A stretch of 64,000 bases of DNA from Nitrososphaerota archaeon (GTDB lineage: Archaea > Thermoproteota > Nitrososphaeria_A > Caldarchaeales > JAVZCJ01), in the NCBI GenBank assembly GCA_038817485.1, contig JAWAZL010000002.1, forward strand, positions 70,346 through 134,345. Direction: 5' to 3'. Each line of letters starts with the position of its first letter. The first letter of the stretch is position 1. Position numbers and translations under genes: made by a program. Shown here in pieces: positions 34,996-43,766 of this stretch. Under the pieces are notes generated by a model. The model was not told where the DNA came from. It searched no databases and worked only from the letters and a program-made list of their open reading frames with translations.

Positions 34996-36312
34996 ATGAT
35001 ACTTCATATAGGCTTAGATGATACTGATTCAAAAAATGGAATGTGTACAACTTACATAGGAGCAATAATATTTTATGAATTATTAAAAATAGGAGCTATT
35101 CCAATAGATTTTCCTAGATTAATAAGACTTAATCCAAATTGGGTTTGGAAAACTAGAGGAAATGCAGCTATAGCATTAAGTTTTAAAATTGAAGATTGGA
35201 TTTTTGATAAAGTAAAAAGAAAAACTATAGAAATAGTAGAAAAAATGGCTGAGAAAGAAAATGAAGATACACACCCAGGTATAGTTTTTTATAAAGGAGA
35301 GAAAATACCTGATGAATTAAAAAATTTTTCAAAAAAAGTTATTAAATATATTGTAACATTGGAAGAAGCTGAAGAAATTGCTAAAAAAATAGGGGCAGAA
35401 ATTTATAAAATTAAACTTGGTAGAGGAATAATTGGAGCATTAGCAGCAATAGGAGAAGAACTTAAAGAAGATTATACTTATGAATTAATTGCTTATAGAA
35501 AACCTGAAAATTGGGGTACAAAAAGAAGAATAGATAAAGAATCTGTTATAGAAATGGATAAAAAAACTTATCCATATACTTTTGATAATATAGATTATTC
35601 TACAAATGATATAAGAATTACTCCACATACTCCATGTCCAGTATTATATGGAATTAGGTCTAATATTATAGAAGCAGCTTTTGAAGCAAAAAATATATTA
35701 AAAATAAATGAAGAAATAGAAAGAATTTTATTATTTAAAACAAATCAAGCAACAGATGCTCATATAAATAAAGTAGAAATTAATGATGTTAAGCCATTTT
35801 TGTCGGTATCTCTAAAAGGAAAAATTATATCTAATCCATTTATTATTCAAGGTGGACATGTATTTTTCTGGGTGGGAAATGGAAATAATAAAATTAGATG
35901 TGCAGCATATGAGCCTACAAAAAAATTTAGAAATGTAATATTATCACTTAGAGAAGGAGATGTTGTTGAAGTATATGGAGGAATAAAACCTAGAGAAAAT
36001 GAGCCATTAACAATCAATTTAGAAAAAATTAAAGTAATAGAGATTTCTAAAGAAGAAAAAATTAATCCATTATGTCCAAAATGTAATAAAAGAATGAAAT
36101 CAGCTGGAAAAAATAAAGGGTTTATATGTAAAAAATGTGGTTTTAAAAGTATTGATATGAAACCATTAATTGTACCTATTAAAAGATATATAAAAACAGG
36201 ATTTTATGAAGTACCACCAAGAGCAAGAAGGCATTTGTCTAAACCAATTTGTAGAATGCTTTTTAGGAAAGAAATAGATTTAAATGAAATAGGAGAATTG
36301 ATAAAAATTTAA
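34996..36312 (+). CDS. tiaS: tRNA(Ile2) 2-agmatinylcytidine synthetase
   Basis: N-terminus MILHIGLDDTDSKNGMCTTY and C-terminal zinc ribbon CPKCNKRMKSAGKNKGFICKKCG are typical of TiaS. Confidence 0.85.
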   Translation: MILHIGLDDTDSKNGMCTTYIGAIIFYELLKIGAIPIDFPRLIRLNPNWVWKTRGNAAIALSFKIEDWIFDKVKRKTIEIVEKMAEKENEDTHPGIVFYKGEKIPDELKNFSKKVIKYIVTLEEAEEIAKKIGAEIYKIKLGRGIIGALAAIGEELKEDYTYELIAYRKPENWGTKRRIDKESVIEMDKKTYPYTFDNIDYSTNDIRITPHTPCPVLYGIRSNIIEAAFEAKNILKINEEIERILLFKTNQATDAHINKVEINDVKPFLSVSLKGKIISNPFIIQGGHVFFWVGNGNNKIRCAAYEPTKKFRNVILSLREGDVVEVYGGIKPRENEPLTINLEKIKVIEISKEEKINPLCPKCNKRMKSAGKNKGFICKKCGFKSIDMKPLIVPIKRYIKTGFYEVPPRARRHLSKPICRMLFRKEIDLNEIGELIKI

Positions 36313-36339
36313 AATTTATTTATTTTCTATTCCTATTCT

Positions 36340-36582
36340 TTACGATTCTATTACTAGCATAGTAAGGGTTGATCTTACTTTATCTAATCTTCTTATTTTC
36401 CATGAAACTATTTCTTTAAGTTTTTCCATACTCTCTGCTTGAATTCTAGCAATTATATCATAAACTCCATAAACCATATATGCTTCTTTCACTTCACTTA
36501 CTTTTTTCAATTCTGCTAAAACTTCTTCTTCAGCACCTATTTCAGTATTTATTAATACAAATGCTATAGGCAAACTCTGCAC
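36340..36582 (-). CDS. Stand-alone Lrp/AsnC ligand-binding (RAM) domain protein
   Basis: 80 aa. AFVLINTEIGAEEEVLAELKKVSEVKEAYMVYGVYDIIARI fits the RAM-domain pattern. Confidence 0.7.
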   Translation of the reverse strand: MQSLPIAFVLINTEIGAEEEVLAELKKVSEVKEAYMVYGVYDIIARIQAESMEKLKEIVSWKIRRLDKVRSTLTMLVIES

Positions 36583-36685
36583 CTCACTATATTATAAGAA
36601 TAATAAGCTTAATAAACATTTTCCTTAAAAATTTATTTTATAGAGAGAAAAATATAATAACCCCTTAAAATATATTCAAATATAA

Positions 36686-36806
36686 GCCGAGGTAGCTCAG
36701 CCAGACAAAACCAGGTATATCCTGGAATAGGGTAAAGTGGAGCAGTGGGCTGTTAAACTTTACTGAAACCCATTGGTCGCCGGTTCAAATCCGGCCCTCG
36801 GCGCCA
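36686..36806 (+). tRNA. tRNA-Asn(GUU) with a D-loop insertion and a short 37/38 intron; CCA encoded
   Basis: Acceptor GCCGAGG/CCTCGGC, T arm GCCGG-TTCAAAT-CCGGC, and anticodon stem GTGGG/CCCAT with loop CTGTTA. There are 41 nt between the D-stem strands GCTC and GAGC, including the hairpin CCAGG-TATAT-CCTGG. About 12 nt are inserted after position 37. Confidence 0.8.
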
Positions 36807-36836
36807 TTTTTTAACTAAATATTTCTTTAATGTACT

Positions 36837-38741
36837 TTATCTTTCTCTAAGTAATAACTCCTGCTCAATAGAGTAAATGTATTCTTTAATATGCCTTAAT
36901 ATTTCAGGTTTTACGATAAATGCATTAACTCCTTTATTTAAAAGATATTTAATAAACTCTAAATCAAATCTATCTTTATCACTTAAGTAAAATATTTGAC
37001 TTTCATTTAAATTAATATTTGAAAATATTTGGTTTATCATATTTATGAATGAATTATTTAGACTTTCTGTGCACGAAAGGCCTTCAAATGTTTCTTTAAT
37101 AAGCGAATCTCCATTTATCAAAAATCCATTAAAGAATTTTTCTATTTCATTAATTGAAAAAATTGATGCTAATGAATTTATTTCTAAAAACAATTTAGTA
37201 TTTATTCCTTTATTTAGGAATTTATCTTTTATAGAATTTATTTTGTTAATATTTAATTTATTTACTTCTTTATCTAGGAAAAGTAAATTAATATTTTTCA
37301 ATCTATTTTCTTCAATAATTTTATAAATGATATTTAATTGAAGATCAAGAGTGTTTACTTCTTTATTTTCATTTGAAGATAAACGAATTAAAATAATATT
37401 TTGCTTAAAAAGATTTTTTTCCATAATAGTTTTATATTTTTCTATTAATTTTGTTACATAACTTTCTTTTTCTTCAATATTCAATAATTCTTCCAAATCT
37501 TCTAATAATCCTTTTATTAAAAATCCATCAAAAAATGATTCTAATAAAAATTCTGAATAATTCTTAGCATCCAATATCACAAAAACTTTTGTAGCTGTTG
37601 CTAAAAATGGCTTTTCAATAATTTCAATTTTTGGCATTGGTAATTCTATTTTCTTTTCTTCAGTAACTTCTACTTCTTTTTCAATAACTTCTTCCTTTTC
37701 TTTTTCTATAATTACTTCTGGGATTATTTCTGGAGGTTTAGCTTCAATAATAAGTTTAGGCTTCCAAATATCGATAATAGTTAAACCATACATTATAGGC
37801 AAATCTTTATCTAAGCTCCATAATATCAATCTTTCTGATGGAAATATTTCTTCTGCTTTTAAAGCTAAATCAATTATTAAAAGAATTTCTTCATTAGAAA
37901 GGCTTGGAGCATCTTGACGAATTGATGGAACAAAAATTTTATGTATTAATCCACCTCCGAGAGGATCAAAGATATACTCGATAGTTTTTTTAGAAATTAT
38001 TTTGCTAACTATTTCTTTTTTATATTTATCAATAATGAAAGTATCTGGTTTAAATTCTTTAAAAATTAAAGGATCAATTAATCCCCATATGCTTTCAATT
38101 AAAATTTTTGATCTATCTAAATCTTCTGGATTGAATGGAGTAATTATTCCACTTGATTTTGCATGTATGGATTTTTGAATAAATAATGTAATAGAAATTT
38201 TTTCTAAATCTTTTTCTTCTTCCATTTTTAAAAAGAGTTTAGTTAAAGCTAAACTCCAAATTTTTTTTATACATGAAAGTAAATCTCTTTCTCCACGTAT
38301 ATTTTGAAATTTTCTTTCAATCTCAATTATTTCCTCTTTTTCAAAAAATTCCTCCTCATATGATGGAAAAATTATTTTTATAGATACAGGAGCATCTACT
38401 ATTCTTAATTTTTCAGATAATTCTTTATAAGATTCGATTATTTCTTTTTCAATTTGAAAAGGATAAGGTATTTCATTAAAAATTTTTTCTATTTTAGATT
38501 CTAATTCTTTTTCTTCAATATTTGGAAAATTTTGTAAAACATTTTCTATTTTAAATTTAATATCATTACTTTGTTCTAAAAAAGATTTAAATGCATTAGA
38601 TGTAATAACAAATCCTTTAGGAATATTAAAGCCTGCATCCATTATTTTTTTTAATTCAAACACTCTTCTACCAATTAATTTTTCATCACATTCTAAAGTT
38701 ATTTCCTCAGGTTTTATTATATATACTTCTTTTTTAGACAT
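36837..38741 (-). CDS. Degenerate PEP synthase paralog lacking the phosphohistidine domain
   Basis: The N-terminus aligns by eye with PpsA (GFNIPKGFVITSNAFKSFLEQ; SIRQDAPSLSNEEILLIIDLA). The C-terminus aligns with the PEP-utilizer barrel (ATKVFVIL...FFDGF; NGDSLIKE in place of GSNDLTQL). No TCHAAI-type His segment is present. Confidence 0.65.
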   Translation of the reverse strand: MSKKEVYIIKPEEITLECDEKLIGRRVFELKKIMDAGFNIPKGFVITSNAFKSFLEQSNDIKFKIENVLQNFPNIEEKELESKIEKIFNEIPYPFQIEKEIIESYKELSEKLRIVDAPVSIKIIFPSYEEEFFEKEEIIEIERKFQNIRGERDLLSCIKKIWSLALTKLFLKMEEEKDLEKISITLFIQKSIHAKSSGIITPFNPEDLDRSKILIESIWGLIDPLIFKEFKPDTFIIDKYKKEIVSKIISKKTIEYIFDPLGGGLIHKIFVPSIRQDAPSLSNEEILLIIDLALKAEEIFPSERLILWSLDKDLPIMYGLTIIDIWKPKLIIEAKPPEIIPEVIIEKEKEEVIEKEVEVTEEKKIELPMPKIEIIEKPFLATATKVFVILDAKNYSEFLLESFFDGFLIKGLLEDLEELLNIEEKESYVTKLIEKYKTIMEKNLFKQNIILIRLSSNENKEVNTLDLQLNIIYKIIEENRLKNINLLFLDKEVNKLNINKINSIKDKFLNKGINTKLFLEINSLASIFSINEIEKFFNGFLINGDSLIKETFEGLSCTESLNNSFINMINQIFSNINLNESQIFYLSDKDRFDLEFIKYLLNKGVNAFIVKPEILRHIKEYIYSIEQELLLRER

Positions 38742-38857
38742 TTTTTAACTTCTCATTATTATTTAATTAAAATAAATTGTTTCTTTTGAATATAAATATT
38801 TTTTCATATATGAAAAAATATCTTTTAATAAAAAATTTTTTAATTTTTTAAAATTTA

Positions 38858-39385
38858 TTATTGATTCTGGGCTTCTGTAGTTGTTGCTTCAATAGGAGTA
38901 ATCTTAGTTATTTTTATTGCATAATCTTTAGGTAATTTTTTACTACCTAATTTAAGAGCTTCTTTAGCAATTTCTAAACCTGAACTATATACTCTCAAAT
39001 TAAATACTGGTTCCCCCTTTTTAACTCTTGCAGCAATTCCTATTGGTTTTCCAAAGGCACGTCTCATACCTTCTTGTAATCTATCAGCATGAGCACCAAA
39101 AATCATTTTATTTTCTCTAAGAACATGATGAGGATGAGCTTTAAGTTCTAAAAAATAATTTTCACCAAGTTTTTCACTCAGAATTTTTCCCATAGTAACT
39201 CTAGCAGATTCTAAAGCTACATCTCTTATTTGTAAATCACTTTTTGAAATAAGTTCTAATAAATATTCGTAATCATTTTTATAAGTTCCCATTGTATATT
39301 TAGATATTCTTGGTTGAGGAGCACCATGAATAAATTCTTTTCTAGTATATGGCCTTTCCATATTTCTATAATTCTTAGCTTTCAT
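38858..39385 (-). CDS. rpl10e: Ribosomal protein uL16 (L10e)
   Basis: RPYTRKEFIHGAPQPRISKYTMG...AHPHHVLRENKM...GADRLQEGMRRAFGKP. Confidence 0.9.
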   Translation of the reverse strand: MKAKNYRNMERPYTRKEFIHGAPQPRISKYTMGTYKNDYEYLLELISKSDLQIRDVALESARVTMGKILSEKLGENYFLELKAHPHHVLRENKMIFGAHADRLQEGMRRAFGKPIGIAARVKKGEPVFNLRVYSSGLEIAKEALKLGSKKLPKDYAIKITKITPIEATTTEAQNQ

Positions 39386-39480
39386 AAACTTTAACTCCCC
39401 TTTTTTTGAAAGATTTTAAACATTTTACATTCTAGCTAAATTTCTCCACATTATTATATTTTGGTATATTATAAACATTG

Positions 39481-39738
39481 CCAGAATAGCTTCCTACCAT
39501 AGTCTAGCCTCTCTTTCTGGAACCCGCCTATACTCAGGTTGAAAGAGTATAGGTGGCACTCCTCCCATTGGGAGGCGACCGCAGGATAGCTAAAAGCTAT
39601 CCAACCCTTTTCATTGCTAATTTGTTGAATTAGCTCGGGCTTCTGCTTCAGGGGAAGTCTTCCCTTCCTTAGCAGAATGCGGTTCTCCTATGGGTAGGAA
39701 GCTTGGTTCTGGCTACCTTCTCCCTACTCCCTTTTTTT
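39481..39738. ncRNA. Unassigned GC-rich structured RNA candidate (omega-RNA-like scaffold or independent sRNA)
   Basis: Closing helix 39481-39500 with 39690-39712. Perfect hairpins at 39527-39553, 39561-39575, 39584-39602, 39616-39634 and 39641-39677. Internal helix 39578-39583 with 39678-39683. A T7 run sits at 39732-39738. No ORF on either strand. Strand is unresolved. Confidence 0.5.
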
Positions 39739-39763
39739 AAAGGGACTCAGGAAGAGGTTTGAT

Positions 39764-40639
39764 TTATATTTTTCTAAGAATTTCAATAGTTCTTTTTGCA
39801 ATATTCTTAGAAGCATTTATATGTTTATTGTTTATCAATCCGCATTTGCTACAAAAGAATTCTTTTCCTTTTATTTTTCCATAGCTTCCACATCTACTGC
39901 ATATTCTTGAAGTTTTATAAGAATCTACTAATATTTGCTTAATACTTCTTTGATTTTTATTGTATGTTGGCAAATATGTTAATACTTTCATAGAATAATT
40001 CCACAGACTCTTTTCAAATGTTCTTTTTATTATTTTTCTAAGCCATTCTGCACTCTTTTTATTTGTTTTCTTGCTATTATTTCCAGCTTCATAGTTTTTT
40101 AAATCTTCAAATGAAATTATTGCTATATCGCAATTATATTTCTCAATGCTTTCTAATGCAATATCAATAAGCTTCTTAGAAATTTTCTCAATCCAATCTT
40201 TATTTTGTCTTTGAATTCTTTTGTTTATTCTTTGGAATAATTCATTGTATTTTACTGAAATTCCATGATTTTCTTGCAATTGCCATTTTTTAATTTCTTG
40301 AAATTGATGAGATTTCATCTTTGGCAAAAATCTTGCTCTTATTGGTTTCATTTAATTATTGCTTTTATCCCATATCCATAAAAGAATAGCAACTCCATAT
40401 TTGCTATTTAAATCAACACCTATTACTGCAATTCTTTGTAGTTTCTTAAATTCTTCTTTAGTTAATAGTTTAATGTTTTTCTTTAAAGTTATATGTAGTC
40501 TCCAATATCCATTTTTGATTATTTCTCTTCTTTTATGATGCCCTTTCTTATAACTTGGTGGTAAAGCTCTAAGCATTGTTGCTTTAGCTCCATTATTAAT
40601 TTCTTTTTCTATTTCATTTTTAGAAACTTCATATTTCAT
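39764..40639 (-). pseudogene. tnpB: TnpB / IS605-OrfB-like gene, short and interrupted by an in-frame TAA
   Basis: ORFs 40639-40352 and 40351-39764 are contiguous in one frame with TAA at 40354-40352. Motifs present are AVIGVDLN (RuvC-I), IAIISFEDL (RuvC-II) and CSRCG...CSKCG (zinc ribbon). The expected RuvC-III Asp position reads NKHINASKNI. No tnpA is nearby. Confidence 0.7.
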
Positions 40640-40818
40640 CTATTAATATTCTTAACAGAAGAGTATTTGAATAAGTAGGTAAAAAAATCCTTCTTATACA
40701 ACTAAATCTATATAATTGAAGGAAATTTAAATAAGAATATAATTCATCCATTTATTTCTTTTTATTTATAATTCATATAGAATATTAAACAAAGAAAAAA
40801 TATTTGAAGGATTTGAAA

Positions 40819-41168
40819 ATGAAAAAATATATAGAAAAATATTTGCATTATTTATTGGATATAAAACTAAAAATATAAAAAAAAGATTTGCAACTTCAAT
40901 TGAGAAGAAAATTAATAATAAAAAGAAATTTGTTTTTTCTTTATTAGAAAATGAAATAGAATTTATTGAAGATAAAGATATATGGGTTACTCCAAGTATT
41001 CCATTAATTGTTTTTCTTTTATTTGGATATATTATTAGTATTATTTATGGAGATATTTTAAAGATATTTATTCTAAACATAAAAAATCTTTTTTTAAAAA
41101 ATAGAAATATTTGTTTTAGGAGAATTATTTTTTCTTTTAATTTTTTGAATATACTCATTTTCATTTAA
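40819..41168 (+). pseudogene. Membrane-protein ORF with an apparent 1 nt deficit in a poly-A run after its ATG
   Basis: A 141-codon stop-free frame (40743-41168) contains no Met, so it is absent from the ORF track. ATG 40819 is one base out of frame, and a seventh A in the A6 run 40822-40827 would join them (MKKIYRKIFALFIGYK...). Confidence 0.4.
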
Positions 41169-41304
41169 TAAACTAAATAATATTATCTAAGGGTTTTCAG
41201 ATGAGTCCAGTAGTATTAAAAGTTAAAGATTATAATATTATTGAGAATTTCTTTAATGAATTAATTAAAAAAATAAATAAAGAAATTTTAAGAAGGAGGG
41301 AAAA

Positions 41305-41397
41305 CATTGAAAGAGAATTCCTTTAAGATTATTCATACAGTTGATTTGCATTTAGGAGCAACTACAACATTAAAAAGTAAAAAAGGAGGAAAAAGCT
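41305..41397 (+). pseudogene. N-terminal stub of an Mre11/SbcD-type metallophosphoesterase
   Basis: AGGAGGG lies 7 nt upstream of TTG 41305. The ORF reads KENSFKIIHTVDLHLGA (D-x-H motif I) and stops after 30 codons. Confidence 0.3.
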
Positions 41398-41486
41398 GAA
41401 AAGTAAATACAAATTTTTATTAATGTTTTTCATTTTGAATTTTGATTTTTAAATTTATATTTAAGGTTTATTAAAAAATAGAAAGA

Positions 41487-42101
41487 ATGAAACCTTATAT
41501 TATCAAAATTAAAAAGATTAAGATATATTTTCTAAATATCATATTTTTCATTTTTTTAATAATTAGTACTTTATTACCATGGGGATACTTAAGTCCATTT
41601 AGGCCAAATATTAGTTTATCTTTATATGAAGTATTAAAGGATAATATAAATAATACTAGTACTCTATTTAATACTTTAATTATTCCTCCAATTCAAGGAA
41701 CAGTTGCTATTATTGCTTCCTTCTCTTTTTTATTAATAGTTACTGGAGGATTATTATCGATTTTCTTTAAAGGAGGAATTATTTTAATATTGAGTGGAAT
41801 AATTATGGGATTTTTTTCTTTAATTTTATCACCTTTTCCATTAGAAGGTAGTAAAATATTTGATGTTGGATTTTATATAGGATTTTTCTCTTTAATAATA
41901 TTAGTATTTTTTAATTTTATAGTTTTTAGAGAAGAAAAAGAGGAAGTTTTACCTTTGCCATTAATGGAAATACCAACAATCCCATCTTTATCTTTATCAT
42001 TATTAATCGGTCCTGCATGTCCAAAATGTAATAGGGCAACAATATATGTAAGCGAATATCAAAAATATTATTGTCAATACTGTAAAGAGTATATTTCTTA
42101 A
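41487..42101 (+). CDS. Polytopic membrane protein with a C-terminal zinc ribbon
   Basis: Several TM segments and a CPKCNRATIYVSEYQKYYCQYCKEY tail. Confidence 0.5.
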   Translation: MKPYIIKIKKIKIYFLNIIFFIFLIISTLLPWGYLSPFRPNISLSLYEVLKDNINNTSTLFNTLIIPPIQGTVAIIASFSFLLIVTGGLLSIFFKGGIILILSGIIMGFFSLILSPFPLEGSKIFDVGFYIGFFSLIILVFFNFIVFREEKEEVLPLPLMEIPTIPSLSLSLLIGPACPKCNRATIYVSEYQKYYCQYCKEYIS

Positions 42102-42479
42102 AACAAAGAATAGATTGTTATAAATAATCCCTCAAAAAATGAGGTACCTTAATGCTATTATGTAACAACTTTAATAGATCATAGGTTATTAATAATTAAC
42201 TACCTAATCTTTTTTTATGCGTCATAAACCTGCATTTTTAGATTTAATTTTTAGGAATTTAAGAAAAATTAGTTATTATATAAAGGATTAATAATACAAT
42301 ACTATAAAATTAACTAAGCTATATTCTCTTTAAGTTTAATTATTCCCCTAAATGATGCTTAACTTTTTATAATGTTTATTATCACTAATATCACTTTAAT
42401 TAGAAGTTATAGCTAGTATTTATTATAAGTAAACTTCAAATTCTTATAAAAATATAATTAAAAATTATTTTTACTTTAG

Positions 42480-42564
42480 CGGGCCCGGCGGGATTTGAAC
42501 CCGCGACTTGCGGCTTTCTTCAATTTAGGAGGCCGCTGCCCTATCCATTCTAGGCCACGGGCCC
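42480..42564 (-). tRNA. tRNA-Arg(CCU) with a roughly 10 nt insertion next to the anticodon loop
   Basis: Reverse strand: acceptor GGGCCCG/CGGGCCC, T arm GCGGG-TTCAAAT-CCCGC, and anticodon stem GCGGC/GCCGC with loop CTCCTA followed by AATTGAAGAA. Confidence 0.8.
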
Positions 42565-42676
42565 AAAAAATTATATTTTATTCTATAGTTTAAATTTTTA
42601 GAGAAAAACTTATTTTTAATTTATTAATTTCTACATTTTAATATAAGATATTTTCCTTTTTTTTAAAAAAAGAGAG

Positions 42677-43411
42677 ATGGCTATAATGTCTGGAAAAAAA
42701 TTAGAATTTATTGTTTCACATGGAGAAGAATCATTAATTATGGATATTCTTAAAATTCTTAAAGAAAAATATGATTATAAAACTCTTTCAAAAATTACAG
42801 GGCTTCCAATATCCACATTAAATCGATATTGTACAGGAAAAAGTACTCCTAAAGGTAAAAGAATAATGAATTTGATTAATAAGATTATTCCCACGTTGGA
42901 TATAGAAAAAATTATTAAAGAAAATATAATTATTGATGAAAATGGTCATATAGATTATTCAGCTTTATTTTTAAATGCAAATATATTAAAAATTTTATCT
43001 TTATATGCATTAGATTTTTTTGCAGGAAGAAAAATTACATGTATTATTGCATTTGATGAATTAAGTATAAGTCTTGCAACCTCTATTGCTTTAATTTCAA
43101 ATAGAAAACTTTTATTCCTTAGCAATTCTCCTCTTTGCGAAATAAAAGATAATTTCTTATATTTTATATATTCAAGTTTTGGAGAAAATAATGTCTATTG
43201 GTTACCAAAAAAATATATTAAAATGAATGAAAGTGTGTTAATAATTATGAGTAATGCTTTTAATAGTAATAAAATTAATTCTTTTTTTGAATTTCTAAAA
43301 AGAATAAATGTTTTTGTTTCTGGTACTTTTAGTGTGATTGGTAAAAAAGATGAATGGGATAAAATAAATTTTCCATTGGGAAGCAAAAATACATGTTTGA
43401 TATTATTCTAA
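42677..43411 (+). CDS. HTH protein with a degenerate phosphoribosyltransferase-like C-terminal domain (putative regulator)
   Basis: The N-terminal segment YKTLSKITGLPISTLNRYCTG looks like an HTH. The C-terminal SVLIIMSNAFNS sits where PRTases have VLIVDDVxTTG. Assignment is weak. Confidence 0.35.
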   Translation: MAIMSGKKLEFIVSHGEESLIMDILKILKEKYDYKTLSKITGLPISTLNRYCTGKSTPKGKRIMNLINKIIPTLDIEKIIKENIIIDENGHIDYSALFLNANILKILSLYALDFFAGRKITCIIAFDELSISLATSIALISNRKLLFLSNSPLCEIKDNFLYFIYSSFGENNVYWLPKKYIKMNESVLIIMSNAFNSNKINSFFEFLKRINVFVSGTFSVIGKKDEWDKINFPLGSKNTCLILF

Positions 43412-43412
43412 A

Positions 43413-43736
43413 TTACCCATATTCTCTCCATGTATGATTACATTTAACACATCTAAAGAATTGAGTTGTAGGTTCATCTGCACTTCTTGTTTGTACTGTC
43501 CACCAATATGCTTCATTATGTCCACATACTGGGCATTTAACATCACTAGTTATAGGAAGAGGTGTAGTTTCTTCTTTAATAGTTTCCATAATTACCTCTT
43601 TACTAGAAATTTTTCTTGTTGATACCAGTACTTCTTTTATTCCTTCTTCATAGCCACATTTTTTACAAAATAATACGTTTTCATTATTTTTCTTTTTTAT
43701 TGAAAGCTTTTTACCACATTTTGGGCAAAATTTCAT
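43413..43736 (-). CDS. tfs: Transcription factor S / RNA polymerase subunit M
   Basis: N-terminal zinc ribbon MKFCPKCG...CKKCG and C-terminal CPVCGHNEAYWWTVQTRSADEPTTQFFRCVKCNHTW. Confidence 0.9.
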   Translation of the reverse strand: MKFCPKCGKKLSIKKKNNENVLFCKKCGYEEGIKEVLVSTRKISSKEVIMETIKEETTPLPITSDVKCPVCGHNEAYWWTVQTRSADEPTTQFFRCVKCNHTWREYG

Positions 43737-43766
43737 TTTAATCTACCTCATTTTCTTTTGAAATTT

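Noticed and set aside
39481-39712. The GC-rich RNA considered as SRP (7S) RNA.
   Set aside because: Length and a closing helix are compatible. However, the fold is a multi-branch loop rather than a long helix-5 rod. I find no helix-8 core (AGG...GNAR tetraloop...AGCA at the right spacing) and no Alu-domain UGUAA-type motif. A covariance-model scan should still be run.
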